NCBI GenBank assembly: GCA_022792555.1
Contig: JAAWBF010000036.1
Location: 3,697 to 67,696, forward strand
Direction of reading: 5' to 3'
Length of the DNA: 64,000 bases
Source: Oscillospiraceae bacterium
GTDB taxonomy: Bacteria > Bacillota > Clostridia > Oscillospirales > Oscillospiraceae
Position 1 is the first letter of the stretch. Every line of letters starts with the position of its first letter. The notes below the pieces were generated by a model. That model was not told the origin of the DNA. It saw only the letters and a list, made by a program, of their open reading frames with translations, and ran no database searches. The position numbers and the translations under genes were made by a program. Positions 44,192 to 53,932 of the stretch are shown here, piece after piece.

Positions 44192-44953
44192 ATGGCGTGG
44201 TTCAAATCGAAAGAGAAGAAACAGGATTTTGCAGCTCAGGTAGACTTTACACGTCTGCCCCGGCATGTGGCAATCATCATGGATGGCAATGGCCGGTGGG
44301 CCAAGCGGCGTGGTTTGCCCCGCTCGGCGGGCCATGGAGCAGGGGCGGAAAATTTCCGTACCATCGCCACCTACTGTAAGGAAATTGGCCTGGAGTATCT
44401 GACAGTATATGCTTTCTCCACGGAAAATTGGAAGCGGCCGGCGGAGGAGGTTTCCGCGATTATGGGCCTTTTAAAGCGATATTTGCTGGAGGCCATTGAG
44501 CGTATGGAGCGAGACCGTGTCAAAATGTGTTTTTTTGGCGATCTCAGCCCATTACCCAAGGAATTGAGGCTTTTATGCGAACAGACACGGGAGATCTCGC
44601 AGCACTACGAGGGAGTTCAAGTCAATATCTGCCTCAATTACGGGGGACGGGATGAGCTGGTCCGGGCGGCAAAGGCCTTTGCCCAGGATTGTGTAGAGGG
44701 GCGGGCCGACCCCAACCATTTAAATGAAGCGAATTTTTCCAGCTATCTTTTTTCCTGCGGAGTCCCAGACCCAGATCTTGTGATCCGTCCAAGCGGAGAA
44801 GTACGGATCTCGAATTTTCTGCTGTGGCAGTCAGCCTATGCGGAATTTTATTACACGGATGTACTCTGGCCGGATTTTTCCAAGGCGGATCTGCTCCAGG
44901 CTTTGGTGGCCTATCAGGCCCGCTCCCGCCGGTTTGGCGGGGTCGGACGTTGA
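44192..44953 (+). CDS. uppS: Isoprenyl transferase (undecaprenyl diphosphate synthase)
   Basis: HVAIIMDGNGRWA and RISNFLLWQSAYAEF motifs. ATG 44192. Confidence 0.95.
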   Translation: MAWFKSKEKKQDFAAQVDFTRLPRHVAIIMDGNGRWAKRRGLPRSAGHGAGAENFRTIATYCKEIGLEYLTVYAFSTENWKRPAEEVSAIMGLLKRYLLEAIERMERDRVKMCFFGDLSPLPKELRLLCEQTREISQHYEGVQVNICLNYGGRDELVRAAKAFAQDCVEGRADPNHLNEANFSSYLFSCGVPDPDLVIRPSGEVRISNFLLWQSAYAEFYYTDVLWPDFSKADLLQALVAYQARSRRFGGVGR

Positions 44954-45003
44954 GAACCTGGTACACGGCACACAGGTTTTGACAATGGGAGGTTTCTGTC
45001 TCT

Positions 45004-45825
45004 ATGGGTAAACGGATTTTGGTCGCGGTAATCTTTGTACCGCTGATTTTTGTTCTGCTCTTTGTCGTCTCGCCCATCTGGCCGGTGGCCCTGCCCATTG
45101 TGATCTCCGGGTTGTCTGTTTTGGCAGTCCACGAGGCGCTGTGGTCCACCGGGGCCATCAAACAGGCCAATATCTCTGGCTGTTCTCTGGTTCTGGCAGG
45201 TCTGATCCCGTTTTGGGTGTACTACAATGGCCAGCCCCTTCCAGCTCTGTGTGGACTGTTTTTCTATGTGGTGCTTCTGTTTTGTGCGGCCATCGCCAGT
45301 CATCAGCAGATCACCCTGGAAAAGATGGGCAGTGCCTTTTTCCTGTCTGTCATGATTCCCTTTTTTCTGTCTTCCTTCCTGCGTATCCGTCACATGGAGC
45401 TGTGGCGCTGTTTCATTTTACTGCCCTTTTTGGCCTCTTTCTTGAGCGATGCCTGTGCGCTTTTTGCCGGGATGTGGTTTGGAAAGCACAAGCTGGCTCC
45501 GGAGCTCTCCCCCAAAAAGACGGTGGAAGGGGCGGTCGGCGGCTTTGTGGGGGCAATTGGCGGTATGCTGATCTATGGCCTGGTGCTTCAAATGGGGTTT
45601 CAGCTTCAGGTCGATTATCTGCGCCTGGCCCTCTATGGTCTATTGGGCAGCGGCGTGTCCCAGCTGGGCGATCTGTCCTTTTCCTATATCAAGCGGGAAT
45701 ACGGCATCAAGGATTATGGGAATATTCTGCCCGGACATGGTGGGATTTTAGACCGGTTTGACAGCATCATTTTCTCTGCACCGCTGATCGAGCTGTTGAT
45801 CCACATTCTTCCGGCACTTCAGTAA
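45004..45825 (+). CDS. cdsA: Phosphatidate cytidylyltransferase
   Basis: CTP-transferase signature SYIKREYGIKDYGNILPGHGGILDRFDS. Multi-TM. Confidence 0.93.
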   Translation: MGKRILVAVIFVPLIFVLLFVVSPIWPVALPIVISGLSVLAVHEALWSTGAIKQANISGCSLVLAGLIPFWVYYNGQPLPALCGLFFYVVLLFCAAIASHQQITLEKMGSAFFLSVMIPFFLSSFLRIRHMELWRCFILLPFLASFLSDACALFAGMWFGKHKLAPELSPKKTVEGAVGGFVGAIGGMLIYGLVLQMGFQLQVDYLRLALYGLLGSGVSQLGDLSFSYIKREYGIKDYGNILPGHGGILDRFDSIIFSAPLIELLIHILPALQ

Positions 45826-45869
45826 GCTTTAAGTCCCTATGGGGGCGAAATGCGCAAAGGAGGCACGCT

Positions 45870-47009
45870 ATGAACCGATGTATTAGTGTGTTGGGCTCCA
45901 CCGGTTCGATTGGGCGGCAGTCACTCGATGTGATTGCCGCCTGCGGCATGACAGTGACGGCCTTGACCGCCGATCAAAATTCATGCCTTCTAGAGGAACA
46001 GTGCCGCCGGTTCCGGCCTGCTCTGGCGGTACTGGTTCAACCAGAGGCAGCGGCTGACTTGAAGCTGCGGCTGGCTGACACATCAATCCGGGTTGTAGGC
46101 GGGCCAGAGGGACTGGAGGAGGCCGCCCGTCTTACCCAGGCAGACACCGTGATCACCGCAGTCATGGGAATGGCAGGTCTTAAGCCCACCCTCGCCGCAC
46201 TGGAAGCAGGGAAGCGGGTGGCCATTGCAAACAAGGAGACCTTAGTTTGTGCGGGAGAATTGGTCCTAGCCGCGGCTGATGCAAACGGAGCGGAGCTTAT
46301 TCCGGTGGATTCGGAACATTCCGCTATTTTTCAGTGCCTCCAGGGCTGTCAGGATCGCGGCGAGGTCAAGCGTTTGATTTTGACTGCATCTGGGGGACCC
46401 TTTTTCGGGTGGAGCAGGGAAGCCCTCGCCCAGGTGACGCCTGCCCAGGCCCTCCGGCATCCTAATTGGTCCATGGGGGCCAAGATCACCGTGGATTCAG
46501 CCAGCTTGATGAATAAGGGGCTGGAGTACATCGAAGCGATGCGCCTTTATCGGATTCCGCCAGAGAAAATATCCATTGTCATCCATCGAGAGAGTATCAT
46601 TCATTCTCTGGTGGAATACTGTGATCATGCCATCCTCGCCCAGCTGGGAGTACCAGATATGCGTCTGCCCATCCAGTATGCGCTGACCTGGCCGGAGCGC
46701 ACACCGGCGGTGGCAGAGCCCCTTGATCTGCTGACCTGTCCACCCCTGACCTTTGCCCCTCCGGATCTAGAGGCCTTTCCCTGTCTTTCGCTGGCGCTGG
46801 AGGCGGCCCGCACCGGTGGCACAGCCACGGCTATCCTGAGCAGCGCCAATGAGGCAGCGGTGTCCCTTTTTCTACGGGAACAAATCAGCTTTCCTGCCAT
46901 CGCCCAACGGGTGGCGAAGGCCCTGGAACAGGTTCAGGTAGTCCAGAATCCGACTTTGGAGGATGTTCTGGAGGCTGATCGTCTGGCTCGCCTGGCGGCT
47001 GCGGAATAA
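45870..47009 (+). CDS. dxr: 1-deoxy-D-xylulose 5-phosphate reductoisomerase
   Basis: LGSTGSIG NADPH motif, DSEHSAIFQC, NKGLE. Confidence 0.95.
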   Translation: MNRCISVLGSTGSIGRQSLDVIAACGMTVTALTADQNSCLLEEQCRRFRPALAVLVQPEAAADLKLRLADTSIRVVGGPEGLEEAARLTQADTVITAVMGMAGLKPTLAALEAGKRVAIANKETLVCAGELVLAAADANGAELIPVDSEHSAIFQCLQGCQDRGEVKRLILTASGGPFFGWSREALAQVTPAQALRHPNWSMGAKITVDSASLMNKGLEYIEAMRLYRIPPEKISIVIHRESIIHSLVEYCDHAILAQLGVPDMRLPIQYALTWPERTPAVAEPLDLLTCPPLTFAPPDLEAFPCLSLALEAARTGGTATAILSSANEAAVSLFLREQISFPAIAQRVAKALEQVQVVQNPTLEDVLEADRLARLAAAE

Positions 47010-47083
47010 ATTTTACAGCATACAAAAAAGTAGAACAAATTTTTTGTGTACAGGTACGACGAAATTGCTTTGTTGGAGGTATT

Positions 47084-48145
47084 ATGGTCATCTATATTCT
47101 CATTGCTATTTTGATGTTTGGCGTCTTGATCGCGGTCCACGAGTTTGGACACTTCATCAGCGCCAAACTGCTTGGGGTGCGCGTGAACGAGTTTTCCATC
47201 GGAATGGGACCGGCGATTTTCTCCCGGCAAAAGGGGGAGACCCTGTACTCTCTTCGGGCACTGCCTATCGGCGGCTTCTGCGCCATGGAAGGAGAGGATA
47301 CGACCTCCGATGATCCAAAAGCCTTTTCCAACAAGCCGGCCTGGAGAAAATTTATCATCCTGGTGGCTGGATCCTTCATGAACTTTCTCACCGGGGTTCT
47401 GCTGTTGCTGCTTGTCTTTTCTCAGTCGGCCGCCTACGCCTATCCAACGGTGGGCGGCTTCCTGGAGGGATCCACGTTAGAGGCCGAGGGCCTGCGCGCT
47501 GGTGACCGGCTTATCGAGGTTGATGGGCATAAGATCTATACCTATGGGGATGCCTCCCTGCTGTTTGGACGGGCGGGCGATGTGTCCAATGTTGTGGTCG
47601 AGCGGGACGGGATGCTTGTAACCTTGAAGGATGTCACGATGCCGCTCCGCCCCTTTACAGTGAATGGACAGACCCAGATGCTTCGAGGGCTCACTCTGGG
47701 GGTGGGCTATGAGGAAAAGACGCTGTTTACCTGGCTCAAGGCCACCTGGTATCAGAGTATTGACTATGTCCGTATGGTCTGGATGGGTTTGGGGGATCTG
47801 GTGACGGGAGCGGTGGGTCTCAAGGACCTCTCCGGCCCTATTGGGATTGTCAACGCCATTGGCGAGGTAGGGGAGCAGTCGGACGGCGCTGCTGACGCGG
47901 CCCTCAATATCTCCTCCTTTGTGGCCTTCATTGCCATCAATCTGGCGGTGATGAATCTGCTTCCTATCCCCGCCCTGGACGGTGGACAGGTGCTCTTTCT
48001 GGTCGTGGATGCGGTCTATACCAAACTGGTCCGTAAGCGGCTGGACCAGAAATATTTGGGCTATGTCAATGCAGCAGGTCTAATCTGTCTGCTGGCCCTT
48101 ATGGCTGTGGTGGCGGTCAGCGATGTAATCAAGCTGATTCATTGA
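47084..48145 (+). CDS. rseP: RIP metalloprotease RseP (site-2 protease, M50)
   Basis: HEFGH zinc motif, PDZ domain, C-terminal NLLPIPALDGG. Confidence 0.93.
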   Translation: MVIYILIAILMFGVLIAVHEFGHFISAKLLGVRVNEFSIGMGPAIFSRQKGETLYSLRALPIGGFCAMEGEDTTSDDPKAFSNKPAWRKFIILVAGSFMNFLTGVLLLLLVFSQSAAYAYPTVGGFLEGSTLEAEGLRAGDRLIEVDGHKIYTYGDASLLFGRAGDVSNVVVERDGMLVTLKDVTMPLRPFTVNGQTQMLRGLTLGVGYEEKTLFTWLKATWYQSIDYVRMVWMGLGDLVTGAVGLKDLSGPIGIVNAIGEVGEQSDGAADAALNISSFVAFIAINLAVMNLLPIPALDGGQVLFLVVDAVYTKLVRKRLDQKYLGYVNAAGLICLLALMAVVAVSDVIKLIH

Positions 48146-48165
48146 TAAAAGAGGGGGGAAACACC

Positions 48166-49203
48166 ATGACCAGACAGATTCGAGTAGGAACGGTGCTGGT
48201 GGGCGGCGGCGCGCCGGTGAGCATCCAGTCTATGACCAATACTAGGACGGATGATGTTCCAGCCACTGTAGCTCAAATTCACAAGCTGGAGGCCGCCGGA
48301 TGTGAGATCGTCCGGGTGGCGGTCCCCGATCAGCCAGCCGCCCAGGCGATTCCGGCCATTAAGGCCCAAATTCACATCCCACTGGTGGTGGATATCCACT
48401 TCGACTACCGACTGGCTCTTTCCTGCGTAGAGGGGGGCTGTGATGCGGTGCGGATCAATCCTGGCAACATCGGCGGTGCGGACCGGGTCAAAGCGGTGGC
48501 CAGTGCCTGCCGAGAAAAGGGGATTCCCATTCGTATCGGGGTCAACGGAGGTTCCCTGGAAAAATCCCTGCTGGATCAGTATGGTGGCGTCACCCCGGAG
48601 GCTCTGGTGGACTCTGCCTTTGGACACATCGCCCTGCTGGAACGCTGGGGCTTTGCGGATATCTGCGTCTCCCTCAAGTCCTCCAGTGTCCCTGTCACCA
48701 TGGCGGCCTGCCAGCTCATGCACCAACGCAGTGACTATCCCCTCCACTTAGGGGTGACGGAGACAGGCACCCCCAAGATGGGTGTTCTGAAATCCGCCGT
48801 TGGCATCGGCGGATTGCTGGCTATGGGGATTGGAGATACCATCCGGGTCTCCCTGTCTGCCGACCCGATAGAGGAGGTCTACGCCGCCCGTGACATCCTG
48901 AAAGCGGCAGGGATCCGAAAAGAGGGCCCGGAGCTGATCGCCTGTCCCACCTGCGGACGTACCCGGATTGACCTCATCTCCCTGGCTAATCAAGTGGAAC
49001 AGCGGCTTGCAGAAGTTGATAAGCCCATTACGGTGGCAGTCATGGGCTGTGTGGTCAACGGCCCTGGGGAGGCCAGAGCGGCCGACGTGGGGATCGCCGG
49101 GGGAGATGGAGAGGGCCTCCTGTTCCGTCGGGGGGAGATTGTCAAAAAAGTCCCTCAGGACCAGCTGGTAGAGGAACTGTTTCAGCTGATTGCGGCGCTG
49201 TAA
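48166..49203 (+). CDS. ispG: 4-hydroxy-3-methylbut-2-en-1-yl diphosphate synthase
   Basis: VQSMTNT, RVAVP and the CPTCGR 4Fe-4S motifs. ATG 48166. Confidence 0.95.
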   Translation: MTRQIRVGTVLVGGGAPVSIQSMTNTRTDDVPATVAQIHKLEAAGCEIVRVAVPDQPAAQAIPAIKAQIHIPLVVDIHFDYRLALSCVEGGCDAVRINPGNIGGADRVKAVASACREKGIPIRIGVNGGSLEKSLLDQYGGVTPEALVDSAFGHIALLERWGFADICVSLKSSSVPVTMAACQLMHQRSDYPLHLGVTETGTPKMGVLKSAVGIGGLLAMGIGDTIRVSLSADPIEEVYAARDILKAAGIRKEGPELIACPTCGRTRIDLISLANQVEQRLAEVDKPITVAVMGCVVNGPGEARAADVGIAGGDGEGLLFRRGEIVKKVPQDQLVEELFQLIAAL

Positions 49204-49240
49204 CATAGCGGTCCTGCGCCGAGAAGGAGGTGTCTTACAT

Positions 49241-52200
49241 ATGTCTCAATCCATCAGATTGCTGGACTTATTCGCCGAGTGGACGCCGGAGCCAGCCCTG
49301 AAAGCAGCGTGGGAGGATCTCCAGGCTACCCAAGTGACGGTCTGTCTCGCAGCCAAGACCATCCGGGTAGAGACCGCAGGCGGTCCACTGGAGCCGTGGA
49401 AACATGTGGCAGAGGCCGGACTGGCCGCAGCTTATGGTGTGGCACAGGTGGAGCTGCTGGCGCTGCCTGTCCCCATACCGGAACCGGCATCTCCCGTGAC
49501 AGAGCTGCCGCAGTCAAGCGAGCCCCCTGCGCCCCCAGTAGAGGTGCCAGCTGCTGTCCCTGCGGAACCGGAAGAGCAGAAGAAGGTACAGGCGGAGCTT
49601 GTAGAGAAGGACGCGATGGCAGCTTTCCGTAAGACGGAAGAGATCCGAAAGCAGGCTCTCCAATCCATCCAGCTTGCCCCGCCCAAGGCCAAGGAAAAAG
49701 AGAAGAAAAAGCTCCTCTATGGACAGCACGAGATCCGAAAGGACCCCATCCCCATGGGGACACTGGAGCTGGATATGGGGACTGTGGTCGTGGCGGGGGA
49801 CGTGTTCAGCGTTGATCACCGGGAGCTGAAAAAGCGGGGGGCCTGGGTGGTCTGCTTTGACCTGACTGATTACAGCGGTTCGGTGCGGGTGAGCAAATTT
49901 TTCCCTGGAGAAGAGGGGAAACCTATTGTAGACCGGGTGAAAAAGGGGCAATACCTCTTGGTTCAGGGGCGGCTGAATATTGACCGCTTTACCGGAGATA
50001 TGGTGCTGGAGCCCTACGCCGTCATGGAGGGCAAACGGACGGAGCGGATGGACAACGCCCCAGAGAAGCGGGTAGAGCTCCACCTCCACACCACCATGTC
50101 GGCTATGGATGCCATCACCGACACCAAAGAGGCGGTCCAGCGGGCCCAGCGCTGGGGCCACCGGGCCATTGCCATCACCGACCATGGGGTAGCCCAGTCC
50201 TTCCCGGACGCCTGGCATGCCGCCAAAGACATTAAGATTTTATACGGTGTGGAGGCCTATTTTATTAACGATGTGGATGACCGGGTTGTTATCCACGGGG
50301 AAGGGGAGCAGGACTTCCACGGCGAGATCGTCTGCTTTGACCTGGAGACCACCGGCTTGGACAACCGGTACGACCGGATCACCGAGATTGGTGCGGTGGT
50401 TCTGCGGGACGGCGCGGTGGCCGAGACCTTTAATACCTTTGCCGACCCGGAGCGGCCTCTGACCCCGGAGATCACCCAGCTCACCGGGATTACCGATCAG
50501 ATGCTCCAGGGAGCCCCTTCTCAGGAGGAGGCCATCCGGGCCTTTTTGGACTTTGCGGCGGGCCGTCCTCTGGCGGCCCACAACGCCGAGTTTGATATGG
50601 GCTTTCTCGCCCAGGGCTGCCGCCGGCTGGACATCCCCTTTGACTACACCTCCCTGGACACCCTGATTCTGGCCCAAAACCTGCTGCCGGAGCTGGGGAA
50701 ATACAAGCTGGACATTGTGGCCAAGCACCTCAAGCTGCCAGACTTCCAGCATCACCGGGCCTCGGATGACGCCTCCACGGTGGCCTATATGCTTATTCCG
50801 TTCTTTCAGATGCTGGAGGAGCGGGGGATTCATACCCTCCAGGCCATCAACCCCGCCATGATCCAGTTGCGTGGGGAGGGGAAGGCCAAGCGCCAGCCCA
50901 AGCATCTGATTGTGCTGGCGAAAAATCAGCTCGGCCTGCGCAACCTCTACAAGCTCATCTCCTATGCACACTTGGACCACTTCAAACGCTATCCCATCAT
51001 GCCCAAGAGCGTGATCAACCAACACAGAGAGGGATTGATTTTAGGTTCAGCCTGTGAGGCAGGAGAGCTGTTTGAGGCAGTCTCCAAGCGGAAGGAGTTT
51101 CGCGAGCTGATGCGTATTGCCTCCTGGTATGACTTTTTGGAGATTCAACCTCTGTGCAACAACGCCTTTATGCTCCGAAAGGGGATGGTCCGAGAGGAAG
51201 AGGAGCTGCGGGACTTCAATCGTACCATTGTAGAACTGGGACGCGCTCTGGACAAGCCGGTGTGCGCCACCGGCGACGTCCACTTCCTAGACCCGGAGGA
51301 CGAGATTTATCGCCACATCCTTCTGGCAACCAAGGGCTTTGAGGACGCCGATTCTCCGCTGCCGCTCTATCTCAAGACCACCCAGGAGATGCTGGAGGAG
51401 TTCTCTTACCTGGGAGAGGAGGAGGCCTACAACGTGGTGGTCCGCAACACCAATCTCATCGCAGACTGGTGTGACGATGTGGTCCCGCTCCCCAAGGGGT
51501 TGTTCGCCCCCAACTTAGAGGACTCCGCCGGAGAGCTCTCCCGGCTGGTATGGGAGAAAGCGAAAGACCTTTACGGCCCGGAGCCGCCCAAGATTGTGGT
51601 GGACCGGCTCAACACCGAGCTGGGAGATATCATCAACTGTAAGTATGATGTAATCTATATGTCGGCTCAAAAGCTGGTCCAGGACTCTCTGGCTCACAAC
51701 TATCTGGTAGGGTCCAGAGGGTCGGTCGGCTCCTCCCTGGTGGCCTTTATGTCGGGGATTACCGAGGTAAACTCTCTGCCTCCCCATTACCGCTGTCCAA
51801 ACTGTAAGCACGCCGATTTTGAGACTGCCAAGAAACACGGCTATGGCTGCGGCGCAGATATGCCGGATGCAGTGTGCCCAATCTGCGGGACCCCCTATGC
51901 CAAGGAGGGGTTCCACATCCCCTTTGAGACTTTCCTGGGGTTTGGCGGCGATAAGGTCCCCGATATCGACCTCAACTTCTCCGGGGAGTACCAGGCCAAG
52001 GCCCACCGGTATACCTTTGAGCTGTTTGGAGAGCGCCATGTGTTCCGGGCAGGGACCATCGGCACTGTGGCTGAAAAGACGGCCTTCGGCTATGTAAAAA
52101 AGTACCTGGACGAGCGGGAGACCACGGTAGCAAGGGTAGAGGAAAACCGCCTGGCGCTGGGCTGTACTGGGGTCAAGCGCACCACTGGACAGCACCCTGG

Positions 52201-53383
52201 CGGCATGGTGGTCATTCCACAGGACCGGGAGATCTACGACTTCTGCCCCGTCCAGCACCCGGCGGATGATACCGGCACCGATATCATCACCACACACTTT
52301 GAATATCACTCCATGGAGTCCAATATTCTAAAGCTGGACATGCTAGGGCACGACGATCCCACCATGATCCGGATGCTGGAGGATTTAACCGGCGTCAATG
52401 CCCAGCAGATCCCACTGGATGACAAAGACACGATGAGCATCTTTACCACCTCTGAGGCGCTGGGCTTTGCCGATGACCCCATCTTAGGCCCCACCGGTGC
52501 GGTGGCAATCCCTGAATTTGGAACCTCCTTTGTCCGAGGCATGTTAGTGGATACCAAGCCCACCGAGTTTGATGTTCTCATCCGCCTGTCCGGTTTCTCT
52601 CATGGTACCGATGTGTGGCTGGGCAATGCGAAGGATCTCATCGTCAAGCAGGGGATTCCAGTCAACCAGGCCATCGGCTGCCGGGACGACATTATGCTCT
52701 TTTTGATCGCCTGCGGGATGCCCGAAAAGCGGTCCTTTAAGATCATGGAGTCGGTTCGTAAGGGCCGGGGTCTTCCCGACGGGGCGGAGGAGGAGATGAT
52801 CGCCGCCAAGGTCCCCGACTGGTATATTGACTCCTGTAAAAAGATCAAATACCTCTTTCCCAAGGCCCACGCGGTGGCCTATGTGATGATGGCGTTCCGC
52901 ATCGCCTGGTTTAAGGTCCATGAGCCGCTGGCCTTCTACGCGGCCTATTTCTCCATCCGGGCCAAGGCCTTTGACTCCACCTGTATGTGCTGGGGGATCG
53001 ACGTGGTCAAGGACAAAATTAAGGAGATCAAAGAGAAGGAGAACGCCACCGCCGTGGAGGAGGATATGCTGGTGACGCTGGAGGTGTGCTACGAGTTTTA
53101 CCTGCGGGGATTCACCTTTGAGCGGGTTGATCTCTACCAGTCCCACGCCATCAACTTCCTGGTGGACAAGGAACGCAAATCCCTGCGTCCCCCCTTTACC
53201 GGAATTCCCGGCCTGGGGGAGACGGCGGCCTGGTCCATTATGGAGCAGCGGGACCAGCAGTTTATCTCCATTGAGGAGTTTTCCGCCGCATGTCCCAAGG
53301 TCTCCAAGACCCATATTGAGCAGCTTAAGGCCGCCGGGGCGCTAGACGGTATCCCGGAGACCAGCCAAATGACGCTTTTCTAG
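49241..53383 (+). CDS. polC: DNA polymerase III PolC-type
   Basis: OB/PHP domains, DEDD exonuclease (FDLETTG, HNAEFD), Zn-finger CPNC..CPIC, polIII alpha core. ATG 49241 follows GAAGGAGG. Pro/Ala/Glu-rich insert near the N-terminus. Confidence 0.96.
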   Translation: MSQSIRLLDLFAEWTPEPALKAAWEDLQATQVTVCLAAKTIRVETAGGPLEPWKHVAEAGLAAAYGVAQVELLALPVPIPEPASPVTELPQSSEPPAPPVEVPAAVPAEPEEQKKVQAELVEKDAMAAFRKTEEIRKQALQSIQLAPPKAKEKEKKKLLYGQHEIRKDPIPMGTLELDMGTVVVAGDVFSVDHRELKKRGAWVVCFDLTDYSGSVRVSKFFPGEEGKPIVDRVKKGQYLLVQGRLNIDRFTGDMVLEPYAVMEGKRTERMDNAPEKRVELHLHTTMSAMDAITDTKEAVQRAQRWGHRAIAITDHGVAQSFPDAWHAAKDIKILYGVEAYFINDVDDRVVIHGEGEQDFHGEIVCFDLETTGLDNRYDRITEIGAVVLRDGAVAETFNTFADPERPLTPEITQLTGITDQMLQGAPSQEEAIRAFLDFAAGRPLAAHNAEFDMGFLAQGCRRLDIPFDYTSLDTLILAQNLLPELGKYKLDIVAKHLKLPDFQHHRASDDASTVAYMLIPFFQMLEERGIHTLQAINPAMIQLRGEGKAKRQPKHLIVLAKNQLGLRNLYKLISYAHLDHFKRYPIMPKSVINQHREGLILGSACEAGELFEAVSKRKEFRELMRIASWYDFLEIQPLCNNAFMLRKGMVREEEELRDFNRTIVELGRALDKPVCATGDVHFLDPEDEIYRHILLATKGFEDADSPLPLYLKTTQEMLEEFSYLGEEEAYNVVVRNTNLIADWCDDVVPLPKGLFAPNLEDSAGELSRLVWEKAKDLYGPEPPKIVVDRLNTELGDIINCKYDVIYMSAQKLVQDSLAHNYLVGSRGSVGSSLVAFMSGITEVNSLPPHYRCPNCKHADFETAKKHGYGCGADMPDAVCPICGTPYAKEGFHIPFETFLGFGGDKVPDIDLNFSGEYQAKAHRYTFELFGERHVFRAGTIGTVAEKTAFGYVKKYLDERETTVARVEENRLALGCTGVKRTTGQHPGGMVVIPQDREIYDFCPVQHPADDTGTDIITTHFEYHSMESNILKLDMLGHDDPTMIRMLEDLTGVNAQQIPLDDKDTMSIFTTSEALGFADDPILGPTGAVAIPEFGTSFVRGMLVDTKPTEFDVLIRLSGFSHGTDVWLGNAKDLIVKQGIPVNQAIGCRDDIMLFLIACGMPEKRSFKIMESVRKGRGLPDGAEEEMIAAKVPDWYIDSCKKIKYLFPKAHAVAYVMMAFRIAWFKVHEPLAFYAAYFSIRAKAFDSTCMCWGIDVVKDKIKEIKEKENATAVEEDMLVTLEVCYEFYLRGFTFERVDLYQSHAINFLVDKERKSLRPPFTGIPGLGETAAWSIMEQRDQQFISIEEFSAACPKVSKTHIEQLKAAGALDGIPETSQMTLF

Positions 53384-53410
53384 CTACAACGAGGAGAAAG
53401 GGGCCGTCTC

Positions 53411-53872
53411 ATGAGTATTCGGAGCTTAAAACGGGACAACAAGACGTTGGATCAAATTGTCTGTTATTTCATGGAAACTGTTATACACCGTCAGGTGTCA
53501 GGGGTGGAGGATCTGCCGCTGGAAAATCCGCTGGAGGAGCCGTTCCGGTCCTTTTTGGATGCAGCCATGGAGGCGGCACTCAGCGCGTCAGGTCCTACGT
53601 TGACGCGGCTGATTTTAGAGGCGGAGTACAGCGCTGCGGTCAGCTGGGGCGTGATGACCGCAGAGGAAACGCTGAATTTACAGGTGATCAAGGAGCTAGC
53701 GTGGCACAGCTATTACGACCTAGACCCCTATGGCTATCTGCTTGAAACGGAAAATTTATGGGGGAATGACGCGTTGATATACGCGGCCCGCACCTTCTAT
53801 CCTACGCTCCCGGAGGAAATCAGGACACAGTATCAAATTCCCGCACAGACGCCATCACAATCTTTTCATTGA
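53411..53872 (+). CDS. Hypothetical protein (153 aa)
   Basis: ORF directly after polC with coding-like composition. No recognisable motif. Confidence 0.45.
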   Translation: MSIRSLKRDNKTLDQIVCYFMETVIHRQVSGVEDLPLENPLEEPFRSFLDAAMEAALSASGPTLTRLILEAEYSAAVSWGVMTAEETLNLQVIKELAWHSYYDLDPYGYLLETENLWGNDALIYAARTFYPTLPEEIRTQYQIPAQTPSQSFH

Positions 53873-53897
53873 CACCTGACGCGTAATATAGTATATT
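53869..53897 (+). promoter_or_regulatory. SigmaA-type promoter of the his operon
   Basis: TTGACA (53869-53874), 17-nt spacer, TATATT (53892-53897). The leader is only about 30 nt. Confidence 0.65.
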
Positions 53898-53932
53898 AGC
53901 GTGGTAAAGTGATAAAGTAAAGGGGAATCCCA

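Noticed and set aside
49500-49720. Pro/Ala/Glu/Lys-rich segment near the PolC N-terminus, considered as a possible insertion or separate gene.
   Set aside because: It is in frame with no internal start signals and looks like a low-complexity linker between the PolC N-terminal domains. The overlapping ORFs in other frames (49279-49632, 49326-49763) are GC-frame artefacts.
53898-53932. Looked for a His T-box or leader-peptide attenuator in front of the his operon.
   Set aside because: The distance from the -10 box to the hisZ-hisG ATG is only about 35 nt. That leaves no room for a T-box or a His-codon leader peptide.
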